NCBI GenBank assembly: GCA_035280025.1 | Contig: DATEGT010000046.1 | Location: forward strand, 26,153 to 90,152 | Reading direction: 5' to 3' | From: Burkholderiales bacterium | Lineage (GTDB): Bacteria; Pseudomonadota; Gammaproteobacteria; Burkholderiales; SG8-39 | DNA: 64,000 bases | Part shown: piece after piece, positions 29,943 to 39,579 of the stretch | Numbering within the stretch: position 1 is the first letter of the stretch | Layout: each line of letters begins with the position of its first letter | Program-made: the position numbers and the translations under genes | Notes under the pieces: generated by a model | Told to the model about the DNA's origin: nothing | The model's database searches: none | Seen by the model: only the letters and a program-made list of their open reading frames with translations

Positions 29943-31070
29943 ATGTTCCGGGTGACATCCTTAGCGCTGCTGGCCGCCCTTTCCACTCCGGCTCTCGGTC
30001 AGGTACAGGGCGTGACATCCAAGACGATCCTCCTTGGCCAATCGGCCGCGTTTTCCGGCCCGGCAGCCAAGCTCGGGATCGAGATGAACGCAGGCACCAA
30101 GGCGTATTTCGATCACGTCAACGCACAAGGTGGAGTGTTCGGCAGGAGGATCGAGCTCAAGACGCGTGATGATCGGTACGAGAGCGACCTCTGCGTCGAG
30201 AACACCAAGAAGTTCATCGAGGAAGACAAGGTCTTCGCTCTGGTTTCCTATGTCGGCACGCCCACGACCGCCGCGGCGATGCCGGTGTTCACGCAAGCCA
30301 AGGTGCCTCTGGTCGGCCCGTTCACCGGGGCAGAGTCTCTCCGCAGTCCGGTCAACCGCTACATCTTCAATGTCCGCGCAAGCTACTACGACGAGACGGA
30401 GAAGATCGTCGAGCAGCTCGTTTCCACGGGCAACCACAGGATCGCGGTTTTCTACCAGGACGACGCATACGGCCAGGCAGGCTTGAAAGGCGTGCAGATC
30501 GCCATGGACCGGCGCAAGCTCAAGATCGCCGCGCTGGGCAAGGTGGAGCGCAATACCGTCAAGGTCGAAGACGCGGTAAGGACGATCAACGCTGCGGAGC
30601 CTGATGGCGTCGTGATGATCTCCGCGTATACCTCGATAACGGAATTCGTCCGGCAAATGAAGCGCGCGGGAAGCACGACTCAGTTCTACAATGTCTCCTT
30701 CGTGGGCAGCAAGGCGCTGGCCGACGCGCTCAAGGAGGAAGGCTACGGGGTCGCGATTTCGCAGGTCGTTCCGTTTCCGTGGAGCCCAAGCGTCCCCATC
30801 GTCAAGGAATACCAGGAGGTCATGACGAAGTCCGGAGACACGAACTTCAACTTTTCTAGCCTCGAAGGCTATATCGTGGGTAAAGTAATGACCGAAGGAC
30901 TGCGCCGTGCCGGCAGGGATTTGACTCGTGAGAAGCTGGTCTCGGCTCTGGAAGGGATGAGCAACGTCGATCTGGGCGAGTTCATGGTGAATTTCTCGCC
31001 CAGCAACCATAGCGGCTCGAAATTCGTCGACCTGACGATGATCGGACGAGGGGGCAAGTTCGTTAAGTAG
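29943..31070 (+). CDS. Periplasmic substrate-binding protein, LivK/Peripla_BP_6-like
   Basis: Signal peptide MFRVTSLALLAALSTPALG and type-I PBP features. ATG at 29943 after GGAGG. Confidence 0.8.
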   Translation: MFRVTSLALLAALSTPALGQVQGVTSKTILLGQSAAFSGPAAKLGIEMNAGTKAYFDHVNAQGGVFGRRIELKTRDDRYESDLCVENTKKFIEEDKVFALVSYVGTPTTAAAMPVFTQAKVPLVGPFTGAESLRSPVNRYIFNVRASYYDETEKIVEQLVSTGNHRIAVFYQDDAYGQAGLKGVQIAMDRRKLKIAALGKVERNTVKVEDAVRTINAAEPDGVVMISAYTSITEFVRQMKRAGSTTQFYNVSFVGSKALADALKEEGYGVAISQVVPFPWSPSVPIVKEYQEVMTKSGDTNFNFSSLEGYIVGKVMTEGLRRAGRDLTREKLVSALEGMSNVDLGEFMVNFSPSNHSGSKFVDLTMIGRGGKFVK

Positions 31071-31120
31071 ACATAAGCGCCGTGGCGAAGCGGCCGGAGG
31101 TCTTCATAGGAGGAGGGAAG

Positions 31121-32260
31121 ATGAGATTGATGCGCGCACTAACCACGGCCTTTTGGGCGTTGGCTTGGCTGGTTTCCGCGGGCAGCGTTCATGCCCAGGG
31201 CGTGACGAAAACGACCGTCCTTATCGGTCAGTCGTCCCCGTTCTCGGGCAGCAACAAGGAACTGGGCGACGACATCCGTGAAGGAATCCAGGCATATTTC
31301 AAGCAGGTCAACGACGCGGGCGGCATCCACGGCCGGACCTTCCAGCTGATATCGCTCGACGACGGAAACGACGCGAAACGCTCGGGCGAAAACGCGAGAA
31401 TCCTGATCGAGCAAAGAGGCGTGCTGGCGCTCATCGGGTATGCCAGCGCGACCTTGAGCCTCCCCGCACTGCCTTTCGTCGAGAAGGGCAAGCTGGCGTT
31501 CGTCGGGCCGTTCACCGGCGCCGACCCGATGCGCGCGTTCCGTCGCAACGTGTACAACATACGCGCGAGCTACGCGGACGAGCTCGAGAAGATCGTCGAC
31601 TTCTATACAACGACAGGCATGAAGAAGTTCTCGATCATCCACTACGACGACGCCGTGGGAAAGGAAAACCTCGCGGCCGTCGAGAGCGCGCTCGGCGCCC
31701 GCGGGCTGAAGCCCGCTTCGATCGGCTCGCTGAAGCGCAATCAAACGGACCTCGGAGCCGCGGTCTCGGACGTCGTCAAGGCTTCCCCCGACGTCGTCAT
31801 CGCCACCACGCTCTACAAGACGACCGGCGATTTCATCAAGGGCGCGAAGAAGGCCGGATCGGTGGCGCAATTTGCGAGCACGTCCTTCGTCGGGGCCAGC
31901 GCGCTGGCGACCGAACTCGGCGATCAGGGCACAGGGGTCGTCGTGGCGCAGGTCGTGCCGCCTTACTCCAGAACGTCGGTCGCGATCGTGAGGGAATACC
32001 AGGCAGCGATCGAGAAATCGCTCGGGAAGAAGGATTTCTCGTTCACTTCGCTCGAATCCTACATCGGGGCGAAAGTCCTCGTCGAGGCCGTGCGCCGCGC
32101 CGGCGCCAATCCCACGCGCGAGGGAGTGATGAAAGCGCTCGATTCGATGCAGAATTTCAACGTCGGCGGCTACGTGGTCGACTTCAGTCCCACGAACCAC
32201 AATGGGTCCAAGTTCGTGGAGCTGACGGCAATCAGCAAGGCGGGCAGGTTCGCCTACTAG
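31121..32260 (+). CDS. Periplasmic substrate-binding protein, paralog of the previous gene
   Basis: Signal peptide, and collinear with the upstream SBP (GQS..FSG, VGPFTGA, NIRASY, FSPTNHNGSKFVELT). ATG at 31121 after GGAGGAGGG. Confidence 0.8.
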   Translation: MRLMRALTTAFWALAWLVSAGSVHAQGVTKTTVLIGQSSPFSGSNKELGDDIREGIQAYFKQVNDAGGIHGRTFQLISLDDGNDAKRSGENARILIEQRGVLALIGYASATLSLPALPFVEKGKLAFVGPFTGADPMRAFRRNVYNIRASYADELEKIVDFYTTTGMKKFSIIHYDDAVGKENLAAVESALGARGLKPASIGSLKRNQTDLGAAVSDVVKASPDVVIATTLYKTTGDFIKGAKKAGSVAQFASTSFVGASALATELGDQGTGVVVAQVVPPYSRTSVAIVREYQAAIEKSLGKKDFSFTSLESYIGAKVLVEAVRRAGANPTREGVMKALDSMQNFNVGGYVVDFSPTNHNGSKFVELTAISKAGRFAY

Positions 32261-32278
32261 GTTTTTTCGCAGAGCGAC

Positions 32279-33655
32279 TCAGACGCGGCGCCAACTCGTA
32301 CCCTGAGGGCCGTCTTCTAGGACGACGCCCTTACCGAGGAGCGCGGAACGAATCTCGTCGGCGCGCCGGAAATCCCTGGCACGACGCGCCTCGTACCTTT
32401 CGGCGATCATCGCCGCGATCTCCGCTTCGGAGATTCCGCCTTGCGCGGTTCCCGAGCGCAGAAAATCGTCGCTTTCGCGTCCCAGCAGCCCCAGCACACC
32501 GCCCAGCGCGCGCAGCTGCGCAGCGGCCTTCGACGAATTCGCGCGGTTGGACTCGCCGGCCAGCTCGAAGAGGACAGCCACCGCCTCGGGCGTGTTGAAG
32601 TCGTCGTCCATGGCGTCGCGGAAGCGGCGACCGCGGGTCTCCGCCCAATCCGGTGCCGAAGGGCCTCGGGCCGCCCCCTTCAACGCGGTGTATAGCCTGG
32701 ACAGGGCCTGCCTCGCCTCTGTCAGCTGATCGTCGGAGTAGTTGAGCGGGCTGCGGTAGTGCGCACGCGCGATGAAGAAGCGAATGACCTCGGCATCGTG
32801 GCGCGCAAGCAGCTCGCGGATCGTGGCGAAATTGCCGGTCGACTTCGACATCTTTTGATCTTGAACGCGGACGAAGCCGTTGTGCATCCAATACCCGACG
32901 AAGGGCTTGCCGTCGCCTGCCGCCGCCTCGGATTGCGCGATCTCGTTCTCATGGTGCGGAAACTGGAGGTCTTGTCCGCCGCCGTGGATGTCGAAATGCG
33001 ATCCCAGCAGCTTCGTGCTCATCGCGGAGCACTCGATGTGCCAGCCCGGGCGGCCGTCGCCCCAGGGAGACGGCCACGCGGGCTCGCCCGGCTTGGCCCT
33101 CTTCCAAAGAACGAAATCGAGGGGATCGTGCTTGGTCGAATCGACTTCGACGCGCTCCCCGGCGCGCAGGTCATCCAGTGATTTGCCCGAGAGCTTTCCG
33201 TAGCCGGGAAACCTGCGGACCGAGAAATTCACGTCGCCGCTTCCCGACCGATAGGCGATGCCTCGCTTCTGCAGCTCCCCTATCATCCCGAGCATCTCGG
33301 CCAGGTGGGCCGTAGCGCGCGGCTCCATATCGGGCTTTTGCACGCCCAGAGCCGAGATATCCTCGTCCATGTAGCGGATGAAGCGCTCGGTGAGGCTGGC
33401 CACGGATTCGCCGGACTCCGCGGCACGCCGGATGATCTTGTCGTCGATATCCGTGATGTTGCGCACATAGATCAGCGGATACCCGCTCGCGCGAAGCCAG
33501 CGCTGCACCACATCGAACGCGACGAGCATCCGCGCGTGTCCGAGGTGGCAGTAGTCGTAGACGGTCATCCCGCAGACGTACATTCTCACCCGGGCAGGAT
33601 CCAGCGGCGCAAAAGGCCGTTTCTCCCGGCTGAGACTGTCGTAGATTTTCAGCAC
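32279..33655 (-). CDS. cysS: Cysteine--tRNA ligase
   Basis: HLGHAR (HIGH) and KMSKS motifs, 458 aa. Confidence 0.95.
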   Translation of the reverse strand: MLKIYDSLSREKRPFAPLDPARVRMYVCGMTVYDYCHLGHARMLVAFDVVQRWLRASGYPLIYVRNITDIDDKIIRRAAESGESVASLTERFIRYMDEDISALGVQKPDMEPRATAHLAEMLGMIGELQKRGIAYRSGSGDVNFSVRRFPGYGKLSGKSLDDLRAGERVEVDSTKHDPLDFVLWKRAKPGEPAWPSPWGDGRPGWHIECSAMSTKLLGSHFDIHGGGQDLQFPHHENEIAQSEAAAGDGKPFVGYWMHNGFVRVQDQKMSKSTGNFATIRELLARHDAEVIRFFIARAHYRSPLNYSDDQLTEARQALSRLYTALKGAARGPSAPDWAETRGRRFRDAMDDDFNTPEAVAVLFELAGESNRANSSKAAAQLRALGGVLGLLGRESDDFLRSGTAQGGISEAEIAAMIAERYEARRARDFRRADEIRSALLGKGVVLEDGPQGTSWRRV

Positions 33656-33764
33656 GCGACGATCATCCGTCGCTTGCTGGCGCCCGGACGTTGAATTCCG
33701 CTAGACTTTACGAGGTTCTTGATAGAATGGAACGCACGACCTCGACCCGAAAAAGTATAGCACA

Positions 33765-34391
33765 ATGACCCCTCTCGCCCGCGCACTTCCGACGCCCTCC
33801 TCTTTCGCAATCGCTCTCAAGATCGCCGCGCTCGCCCTTCTGGTCACAGGGACCTCGTACGCTCGGGCCGAGAATCCCCGCGTGGAGTTCAAGACGACCA
33901 TGGGAGCCTTCACTCTCGAGCTCTATCCGGACAAAGCTCCGAAGACCGTCGAGAATTTCCTGCAGTACGTGAACAGCGGCTTCTACAAGGGAACGATATT
34001 TCACCGGGTCATCGACAATTTCATGATCCAGGGCGGCGGCTTCAATCCCGACATGAAGCAGAAGGAGACGCGCGGCCCGATCGAGAACGAAGCCGGAATC
34101 GCAATGAAGGCCGGATTGAAGAACGAGCTCGGAACCATTGCGATGGCGCGGACTTCGATTCCGAACTCGGCGACGGCCCAGTTTTTCATCAATGTCAAGG
34201 ACAACGGCTTTCTGGACTACAAGGACCCCTCGCCGCAGGGCATCGGATATGCGGTCTTCGGCCGGGTCATCGAAGGAATGAACACCGTGCTCCGGATCTC
34301 CAGGGTGGACACCACGACGGTCGCGGGGAATCAGAATGTCCCGCAGAGGCCCATCATCATCGAGTCGGTAACCGTCAAATCGGGCAAGTAA
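33765..34391 (+). CDS. ppiA: Peptidyl-prolyl cis-trans isomerase A (periplasmic cyclophilin)
   Basis: Signal peptide plus a cyclophilin core ([15 protein letters not shown]). Confidence 0.9.
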   Translation: MTPLARALPTPSSFAIALKIAALALLVTGTSYARAENPRVEFKTTMGAFTLELYPDKAPKTVENFLQYVNSGFYKGTIFHRVIDNFMIQGGGFNPDMKQKETRGPIENEAGIAMKAGLKNELGTIAMARTSIPNSATAQFFINVKDNGFLDYKDPSPQGIGYAVFGRVIEGMNTVLRISRVDTTTVAGNQNVPQRPIIIESVTVKSGK

Positions 34392-34395
34392 GGTC

Positions 34396-34887
34396 ATGGT
34401 CAGACTGCACACGAATCATGGCGTCATCGACGTGGAGCTCGATGCGAAGCAGGCTCCGGAAACCTCCCGGAATTTTCTCGCCTATGTCGAATCCGGGTTC
34501 TACTCCAACACGGTCTTTCACCGGGTGATCGACGGGTTCATGATCCAGGGCGGCGGGTTCGAGCCGGGAATGCGCCAGAAGCCCACCCGCGGCTCGATCA
34601 AGAACGAGGCCGACAACGGTCTGAAAAACGACCGCTATACGATCGCCATGGCGAGGACCTCCGACCCGCACTCGGCGTCCAGCCAGTTCTTCATAAACGT
34701 CAAGGACAACGATTTCCTCAACCACACCGCTCCCGACGCCGACGGCTGGGGCTACTGCGTCTTCGGCAGGGTCGTCGTGGGGCAGGCGATCGTCGACAAG
34801 ATCAAGGGCGTCAAGACGGGCAAGCGCGGATTCCACTCGGACGTGCCCTTAGACGACGTAGTGATCGAGCGAGCCGAGGTGGTGTAG
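34396..34887 (+). CDS. ppiB: Peptidyl-prolyl cis-trans isomerase B (cytoplasmic cyclophilin)
   Basis: Cyclophilin core ([15 protein letters not shown]) with no signal peptide. Confidence 0.9.
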   Translation: MVRLHTNHGVIDVELDAKQAPETSRNFLAYVESGFYSNTVFHRVIDGFMIQGGGFEPGMRQKPTRGSIKNEADNGLKNDRYTIAMARTSDPHSASSQFFINVKDNDFLNHTAPDADGWGYCVFGRVVVGQAIVDKIKGVKTGKRGFHSDVPLDDVVIERAEVV

Positions 34888-34922
34888 GGCGCAATCTTTG
34901 GGGGTCGAGGGATCCTCAATCC

Positions 34923-35645
34923 ATGGCGGTCTTTTTCATCTCCGACCTTCATCTGTGCGACGCGAGGCCGGATGTCAACCGGATATTTTTCGACTTCCTC
35001 CGCGGCCCTGCGCGCGAAGCGGAATCGCTCTACATCCTGGGCGACCTGTTCGAATACTGGGCCGGTGACGACGATCTCGGCGATCCGTTCAACGGGTCGA
35101 TTGCCGGGGCCCTGGGTGAATATTCGCGGGCCGGCATCCCCGTGCGCTTCATGCACGGGAACAGGGACTTTCTCCTGAACGGAGAGTTCGCGAAGGCGTC
35201 AGGAGGACATCTCATCGACGACCCTCACACCCTCGATCTCTTCGGAAAGCGTACGCTGCTCATGCACGGGGACACGTTGTGCACCGACGATCTGGACTAC
35301 CAGAAATTCCGGGTCCAGGTACGCAATCCGGCATGGCAAAAGGGCTTTCTCGCCCTGCCCTTGGATCGGCGCAAGCGGCAGATCGAGGCCGTGCGCCAGA
35401 CGAGCGAATCGGAGAAGACCCGCAAAGCGCCCGAGATCATGGACGTCAATCCGGGCGCCGTGGACGCGGCGCTCCGTAAGCACGCCTACCCCCGGCTGAT
35501 CCACGGCCACACTCATCGGCCCGCCCGCCACGTTCACCGCGTCGACGGAAAGACCTGCGAGCGCTGGGTTCTCGCCGACTGGTACCGCTCCGGAAGCTAC
35601 CTGCGCTGCGACGAGAGCGGGTGCACCCCCGTGCAACTGACCTGA
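34923..35645 (+). CDS. lpxH: UDP-2,3-diacylglucosamine diphosphatase
   Basis: ISDLHL..LGDLFEYW..HGNRDF..HGHTH calcineurin-like motifs. ppiB-lpxH adjacency. Confidence 0.9.
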   Translation: MAVFFISDLHLCDARPDVNRIFFDFLRGPAREAESLYILGDLFEYWAGDDDLGDPFNGSIAGALGEYSRAGIPVRFMHGNRDFLLNGEFAKASGGHLIDDPHTLDLFGKRTLLMHGDTLCTDDLDYQKFRVQVRNPAWQKGFLALPLDRRKRQIEAVRQTSESEKTRKAPEIMDVNPGAVDAALRKHAYPRLIHGHTHRPARHVHRVDGKTCERWVLADWYRSGSYLRCDESGCTPVQLT

Positions 35646-35648
35646 CGC

Positions 35649-36821
35649 CTATCGTCCCAGACCGCGCTCCAGGTCGGCGCGGATGTCCCCGGGAGATTCC
35701 AGGCCTACCGCCACGCGCAGCAGACCCTCGGTGATCCCGGCGCGCGCTCGCGCCTCCTGTGAAATCCTGCCGTGAGTCGTGGTCGCGGGGTGCGTGATGG
35801 TGGTCTTCGTATCGCCGAGGTTTGCGGTGATCGAGATCAGGCGCGTCGAATCGACGACCTTCCAGGCGCCCTCTCTGCCGCCGTTCACTTCGAAGGAAAC
35901 GACGGCGCCGCCCGAGCGCTGCTGCCTTGCGGCAAGCTCGTGCTGGGGATGCGAAGCGAGCCCCGGGTAGTACACCTTTCGGACGCCGGGATGCGCTTCC
36001 AGCCATTCCGCCACCTCGAGCGCGCTCCGCGACTGCGCCTCCATGCGTATCCTCAGGGTCTCGAGACCCTTGAGCAGCACCCAGGCATTGAACGGCGACA
36101 GGCTCGGACCCGCGGTACGAAGGAAACCGTATATCCCGTCCATCACCAGCTCGCGCCTGCCGAGTATCGCGCCGCCGAGCACTCGGCCCTGCCCGTCCAG
36201 ATATTTCGTCGCGGAATGGATGACGAGATCCGCTCCGAATTCGATCGGGCGCTGGAGAGCGGGGCTGCAAAAGCAGTTGTCGACGACCAGCAAGGCCCCC
36301 TTCGCGTGCGCGAGGTCTGCGAGCGCGCGGATGTCGAAGACCTCCGTCAGCGGATTCGAGGGCGTTTCGACGTAGAGGAAGCGAGTATTGGGCCGCAACG
36401 CCGCCTTCCACGCCGCCGGCGCGGAGCCGTCCACATAGGTGGTTTCAATGCCGAACTTGGAAAGCACGGCGCTGAACAGCTGCACGGTGGCGCCGAACAC
36501 CCCGGAAGAAGAGACCACGTGGTCGCCGGACTTGAGCAGCGCCATGGCGCCAGCGAGGATCGCCGACATTCCCGAGGCCGTGGCGACGCAGGCCTCCGCG
36601 CCCTCCATCGCCGCGAGCCGCTCCTGGAACGCCGTAACGGTGGGATTGGTGAAGCGCGAATAGATGTTGCCGGCCTCGCTCCCCTGGAATCGCGCGGCCG
36701 CCTGCGCGGCGTTCTCGAACACGAAGCTCGAGGTGAGGTACAGCGCCTCGGAGTGCTCGTTGAACTGGCTACGCGCGATTCCGGCGCGGACCGCCAAGGT
36801 TTCGATGTCGTAGTTCTGCAT
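35649..36821 (-). CDS. metZ: O-succinylhomoserine sulfhydrylase (Cys/Met-metabolism PLP enzyme)
   Basis: 390 aa with the MetZ-type N-terminus ETLAVRAG..SEALYLTSSF and the PLP-lysine region HSATKYLDGQG. Confidence 0.88.
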   Translation of the reverse strand: MQNYDIETLAVRAGIARSQFNEHSEALYLTSSFVFENAAQAAARFQGSEAGNIYSRFTNPTVTAFQERLAAMEGAEACVATASGMSAILAGAMALLKSGDHVVSSSGVFGATVQLFSAVLSKFGIETTYVDGSAPAAWKAALRPNTRFLYVETPSNPLTEVFDIRALADLAHAKGALLVVDNCFCSPALQRPIEFGADLVIHSATKYLDGQGRVLGGAILGRRELVMDGIYGFLRTAGPSLSPFNAWVLLKGLETLRIRMEAQSRSALEVAEWLEAHPGVRKVYYPGLASHPQHELAARQQRSGGAVVSFEVNGGREGAWKVVDSTRLISITANLGDTKTTITHPATTTHGRISQEARARAGITEGLLRVAVGLESPGDIRADLERGLGR

Positions 36822-36831
36822 TCGTCGTCCC

Positions 36832-36870
36832 GAAAATAAAAGACCCGTCCAGCTTTCGCTAAGACGGGTC
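36832..36870 (-). terminator. Rho-independent terminator inside the metZ leader
   Basis: Minus strand GACCCGTC-13 nt-GACGGGTC followed by TTTTATTTT. The T-run ends 11 nt before the metZ ATG. Confidence 0.7.
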
Positions 36871-36871
36871 G

Positions 36872-36932
36872 TTGCCGCGCTTTAGCCGTATTTTTTACGC
36901 GCCCGCAAGCTGGGGATCAAATCGGCGCAAGC
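36872..36932 (-). promoter_or_regulatory. Candidate SAM-II-like riboswitch aptamer (metZ leader)
   Basis: UGCGCC/GGCGCG helix closing the loop GAUUUGAUCCCCAGCUUGCG, followed by UAAAAAAUACGGCUAAAGCG. This resembles my recollection of the SAM-II consensus and has not been verified computationally. Confidence 0.4.
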
Positions 36933-36935
36933 CGC

Positions 36936-36964
36936 ACCTTACTATCTCGGGCGCGCGATGTCAA
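36936..36964 (-). promoter_or_regulatory. Sigma70-like promoter candidate for metZ
   Basis: Minus strand TTGACA-N17-TAAGGT, 13 nt downstream of the purF stop. Confidence 0.45.
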
Positions 36965-36976
36965 TCACCTCGCGCC

Positions 36977-38491
36977 TCAGGCGGCGTTGAGATCCAGCTG
37001 ATTGCCTTCGCTGTCTTCTTCGCTTTCCTGCCTACCCGCGTCGCGCTGCTTCTCGACGGAAGCGAGGTACTCGCTCGTGACGTCTCCGGTGATGTAGACG
37101 CCGTCGAAGCACGAGGTCTCGAACTGCGTGAGCTTCGGGTTGACCGCGCGCACCGCAGCCTTGAGGGCGTCCAGATCCTGATAGATGACAGCGTCGGCCC
37201 CGATCTCGCGCGCCACCTGCTCGTCGCTCCGCCCGGTCGCAATCAGCTCCGAGCGCGTCGGCATATCGATGCCGTAGACGTTCGGAAACCGCACCGGCGG
37301 CGCGGCCGATGCGAAGAACACCTTGTTCGCCCCGGCCTCCCGCGCCATCTGCACGATCTCGCGACTCGTCGTCCCCCTGACGATCGAGTCGTCGACGATC
37401 AGGACGTTCTTTCCCTTGAATTCGAGCCCGACCACGCTGAGCTTCCGGCGCACCGATTTCTTGCGAATCGTCTGTCCGGGCATGATGAACGTGCGCCCGA
37501 TGTAGCGATTGCGGATGAAGCCTTCGCGGTAGGCAACGCCGAGACCGTGCGCCAGCTCGAGCGCGCTCGGGCGGCTCGTGTCGGGAACCGGAATGACGAC
37601 GTCGACCTCGAGTCCGGGCATGGTGCGCTTGATCTTCTCGGCGAGGGAGCGCCCCATGTGGAGGCGACTTTCATAGACCGACACGCCGTCGATGACCGAA
37701 TCGGGCCTGGCCAGATACACGTATTCGAAAATGCAGGGGGCAAGGACCGACTTGGCCGCGCACTGACGGCTGTTGAATTTGCCTCCCTCGTCGATGAAGA
37801 CGGCTTCGCCCGGCATGACGTCGCGCATGAGCTCGAAGCCGAACGCGGCGAGGGCCACGCTCTCGGAGGCGACCAGGTACTCGGGGCCTTCGTCGGTCTG
37901 ATTGCGGCCGATCACCAGCGGACGGATTCCGAACGGGTCGCGGAACGCAAGCAGGCCGTAGCCCGCGACCATGGCGACCACGGCGTATGCACCCCGGCAG
38001 CGGCGGTGCACGTTGGCCACCGCGGTAAATATGGTCTCCGGGTCGAGCCTCTGGCCTCTCGCCGCCAGCTCGAGCTCGTGCGCCAGGATATTCAGCAGGA
38101 CTTCCGAATCGGAGTTCGTGTTGATGTGGCGCAAGTCCTGGCGGAACATCTCCTGCTTCAGCTGCTCGGAATTCGTCAGGTTGCCGTTGTGGCCGAGGAC
38201 GATCCCGAACGGGGAATTCACGTAGAACGGCTGGGCCTCGCCGGCGTTGAACGCAGAGCCGGCGGTGGGGTAGCGGCAGTGGGCGATGCCGGTCGCCCCC
38301 GGCAGCGAGCGCATGTTCCGCGTGCGGAACACGTCGCGGACCATGCCCGGCCCCTTGTGCATGTGAAACGTCTTGTGCTCCGACGTAACGATGCCGGCTG
38401 CGTCCTGCCCCCGGTGCTGCAGCAGCAGCAGGCCGTCATAGAGCAACTGATTGACGGGCGTCTTTGCCACCACTCCGAGAATGCCGCACAT
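36977..38491 (-). CDS. purF: Amidophosphoribosyltransferase
   Basis: MCGILGV N-terminal nucleophile and a PRTase domain, 504 aa. Confidence 0.95.
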   Translation of the reverse strand: MCGILGVVAKTPVNQLLYDGLLLLQHRGQDAAGIVTSEHKTFHMHKGPGMVRDVFRTRNMRSLPGATGIAHCRYPTAGSAFNAGEAQPFYVNSPFGIVLGHNGNLTNSEQLKQEMFRQDLRHINTNSDSEVLLNILAHELELAARGQRLDPETIFTAVANVHRRCRGAYAVVAMVAGYGLLAFRDPFGIRPLVIGRNQTDEGPEYLVASESVALAAFGFELMRDVMPGEAVFIDEGGKFNSRQCAAKSVLAPCIFEYVYLARPDSVIDGVSVYESRLHMGRSLAEKIKRTMPGLEVDVVIPVPDTSRPSALELAHGLGVAYREGFIRNRYIGRTFIMPGQTIRKKSVRRKLSVVGLEFKGKNVLIVDDSIVRGTTSREIVQMAREAGANKVFFASAAPPVRFPNVYGIDMPTRSELIATGRSDEQVAREIGADAVIYQDLDALKAAVRAVNPKLTQFETSCFDGVYITGDVTSEYLASVEKQRDAGRQESEEDSEGNQLDLNAA

Positions 38492-38506
38492 GGCTGTCCT
38501 GTCGCC

Positions 38507-38995
38507 TCAACGATACTTCAGGTGCTGCCCGAGTCGCGCGGGAAGATGCGGCCGCAGCGCCAGCGCCGCCGTCTCGAAGGGCCCGGAAAGAAAGGCTTCG
38601 CGCCAGAAGGCCTCGCGCGGAAGCGGCGTCAAGCCGGCGAGCAGCACGATGACGAGCACCACGAGCAGTCCTCTCACCAGTCCGAACAGAGATCCCATGG
38701 CCCGGTCGGCCGGGGCCAGGCCCGACGCGCGCACGGCGGAGGAGAGGGCCATGCCTGCGATCCATCCCGCCAGCAGCACCACGCCGAAAATGATCAGGAA
38801 GCCTATGAGCGCCGCCCACAGCGGCTGGAGGCTTTGCGGCATGAAGCCGGCGACATAGCTTCCGAAATACGTCGCGAGGACGAACCCTCCCACCCAGACT
38901 CCGAGCGACACCATTTCGCGCGACAGTCCGCGAAGGAGGCTGATCGCCACCGACACGACCAGAATGCCCAGCACGCCGATATCGAACAAAGTCAT
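38507..38995 (-). CDS. cvpA: Colicin V production protein CvpA
   Basis: 162-aa protein with 4 TM segments. Sits immediately upstream of purF, as in the classical cvpA-purF arrangement. Confidence 0.88.
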   Translation of the reverse strand: MTLFDIGVLGILVVSVAISLLRGLSREMVSLGVWVGGFVLATYFGSYVAGFMPQSLQPLWAALIGFLIIFGVVLLAGWIAGMALSSAVRASGLAPADRAMGSLFGLVRGLLVVLVIVLLAGLTPLPREAFWREAFLSGPFETAALALRPHLPARLGQHLKYR

Positions 38996-39561
38996 TTTTG
39001 CGCCACCTGCCCCACGTCCATGCCCAGGGACTTGAGCCTGTCGCGGGCTTTCTCCGCGGCGCCCCGGCTCGGGAACGGGCCGGCGCGCACGCGGATCTGC
39101 TCGCCCTGCTGTCCCATCAGGTGTTCAGTGTAACTCTTGATGCCCGCCGCGGTCGCCCGCTCCCGCACCTGCTTGGCGTTGTCGGGATTCGCGAATACGC
39201 CCAGCTGAAACACGAAAGCCTGGACGGCCTTTGGTTTCGCGCGCGGCTTCTCCGGGGCTTTGGCGGCTTCCTTCTTGGCGGCGGCGTCGGGAAGCGACGC
39301 CTTCTCGCCGGAACCCTTCGCCGCCTGTGGAGGATCGATTTTCTGCGGAGCCGCCGGCGCAGACTGCAGGGGCGGGAGCACCCGGGTCTTGAAAGGCCCG
39401 CCGTCCTGGCTTGGAATCTGCACGCTCAGCTCCTGCGGACCCGGCCTGGGCTTCTGATCGAGAATGATGGGCAGCACCACGACGACGAGCACCACCAGCG
39501 CAATCGCACCGACCAGCCGCCGACGCGCGCGGCGCCTCAGCAGGTTGGCGTCGTCTGACAA
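38992..39561 (-). CDS. SPOR-domain cell-division protein (DedD-like)
   Basis: N-terminal TM helix, a Pro/Ala/Lys-rich linker, and a C-terminal SPOR-like domain (VFQLGVFANPDNA..RVRAGPF). Located between folC and cvpA. Confidence 0.75.
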   Translation of the reverse strand: MSDDANLLRRRARRRLVGAIALVVLVVVVLPIILDQKPRPGPQELSVQIPSQDGGPFKTRVLPPLQSAPAAPQKIDPPQAAKGSGEKASLPDAAAKKEAAKAPEKPRAKPKAVQAFVFQLGVFANPDNAKQVRERATAAGIKSYTEHLMGQQGEQIRVRAGPFPSRGAAEKARDRLKSLGMDVGQVAQK

Positions 39562-39579
39562 TCGAACCTCCGATTCGGG

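Noticed and set aside
36872-39133. A 753-aa plus-strand ORF.
   Set aside because: It is antisense to purF, cvpA and the SPOR gene and has an Arg/His/Asp/Gly-rich nonsense-like composition. This is a high-GC frame artefact.
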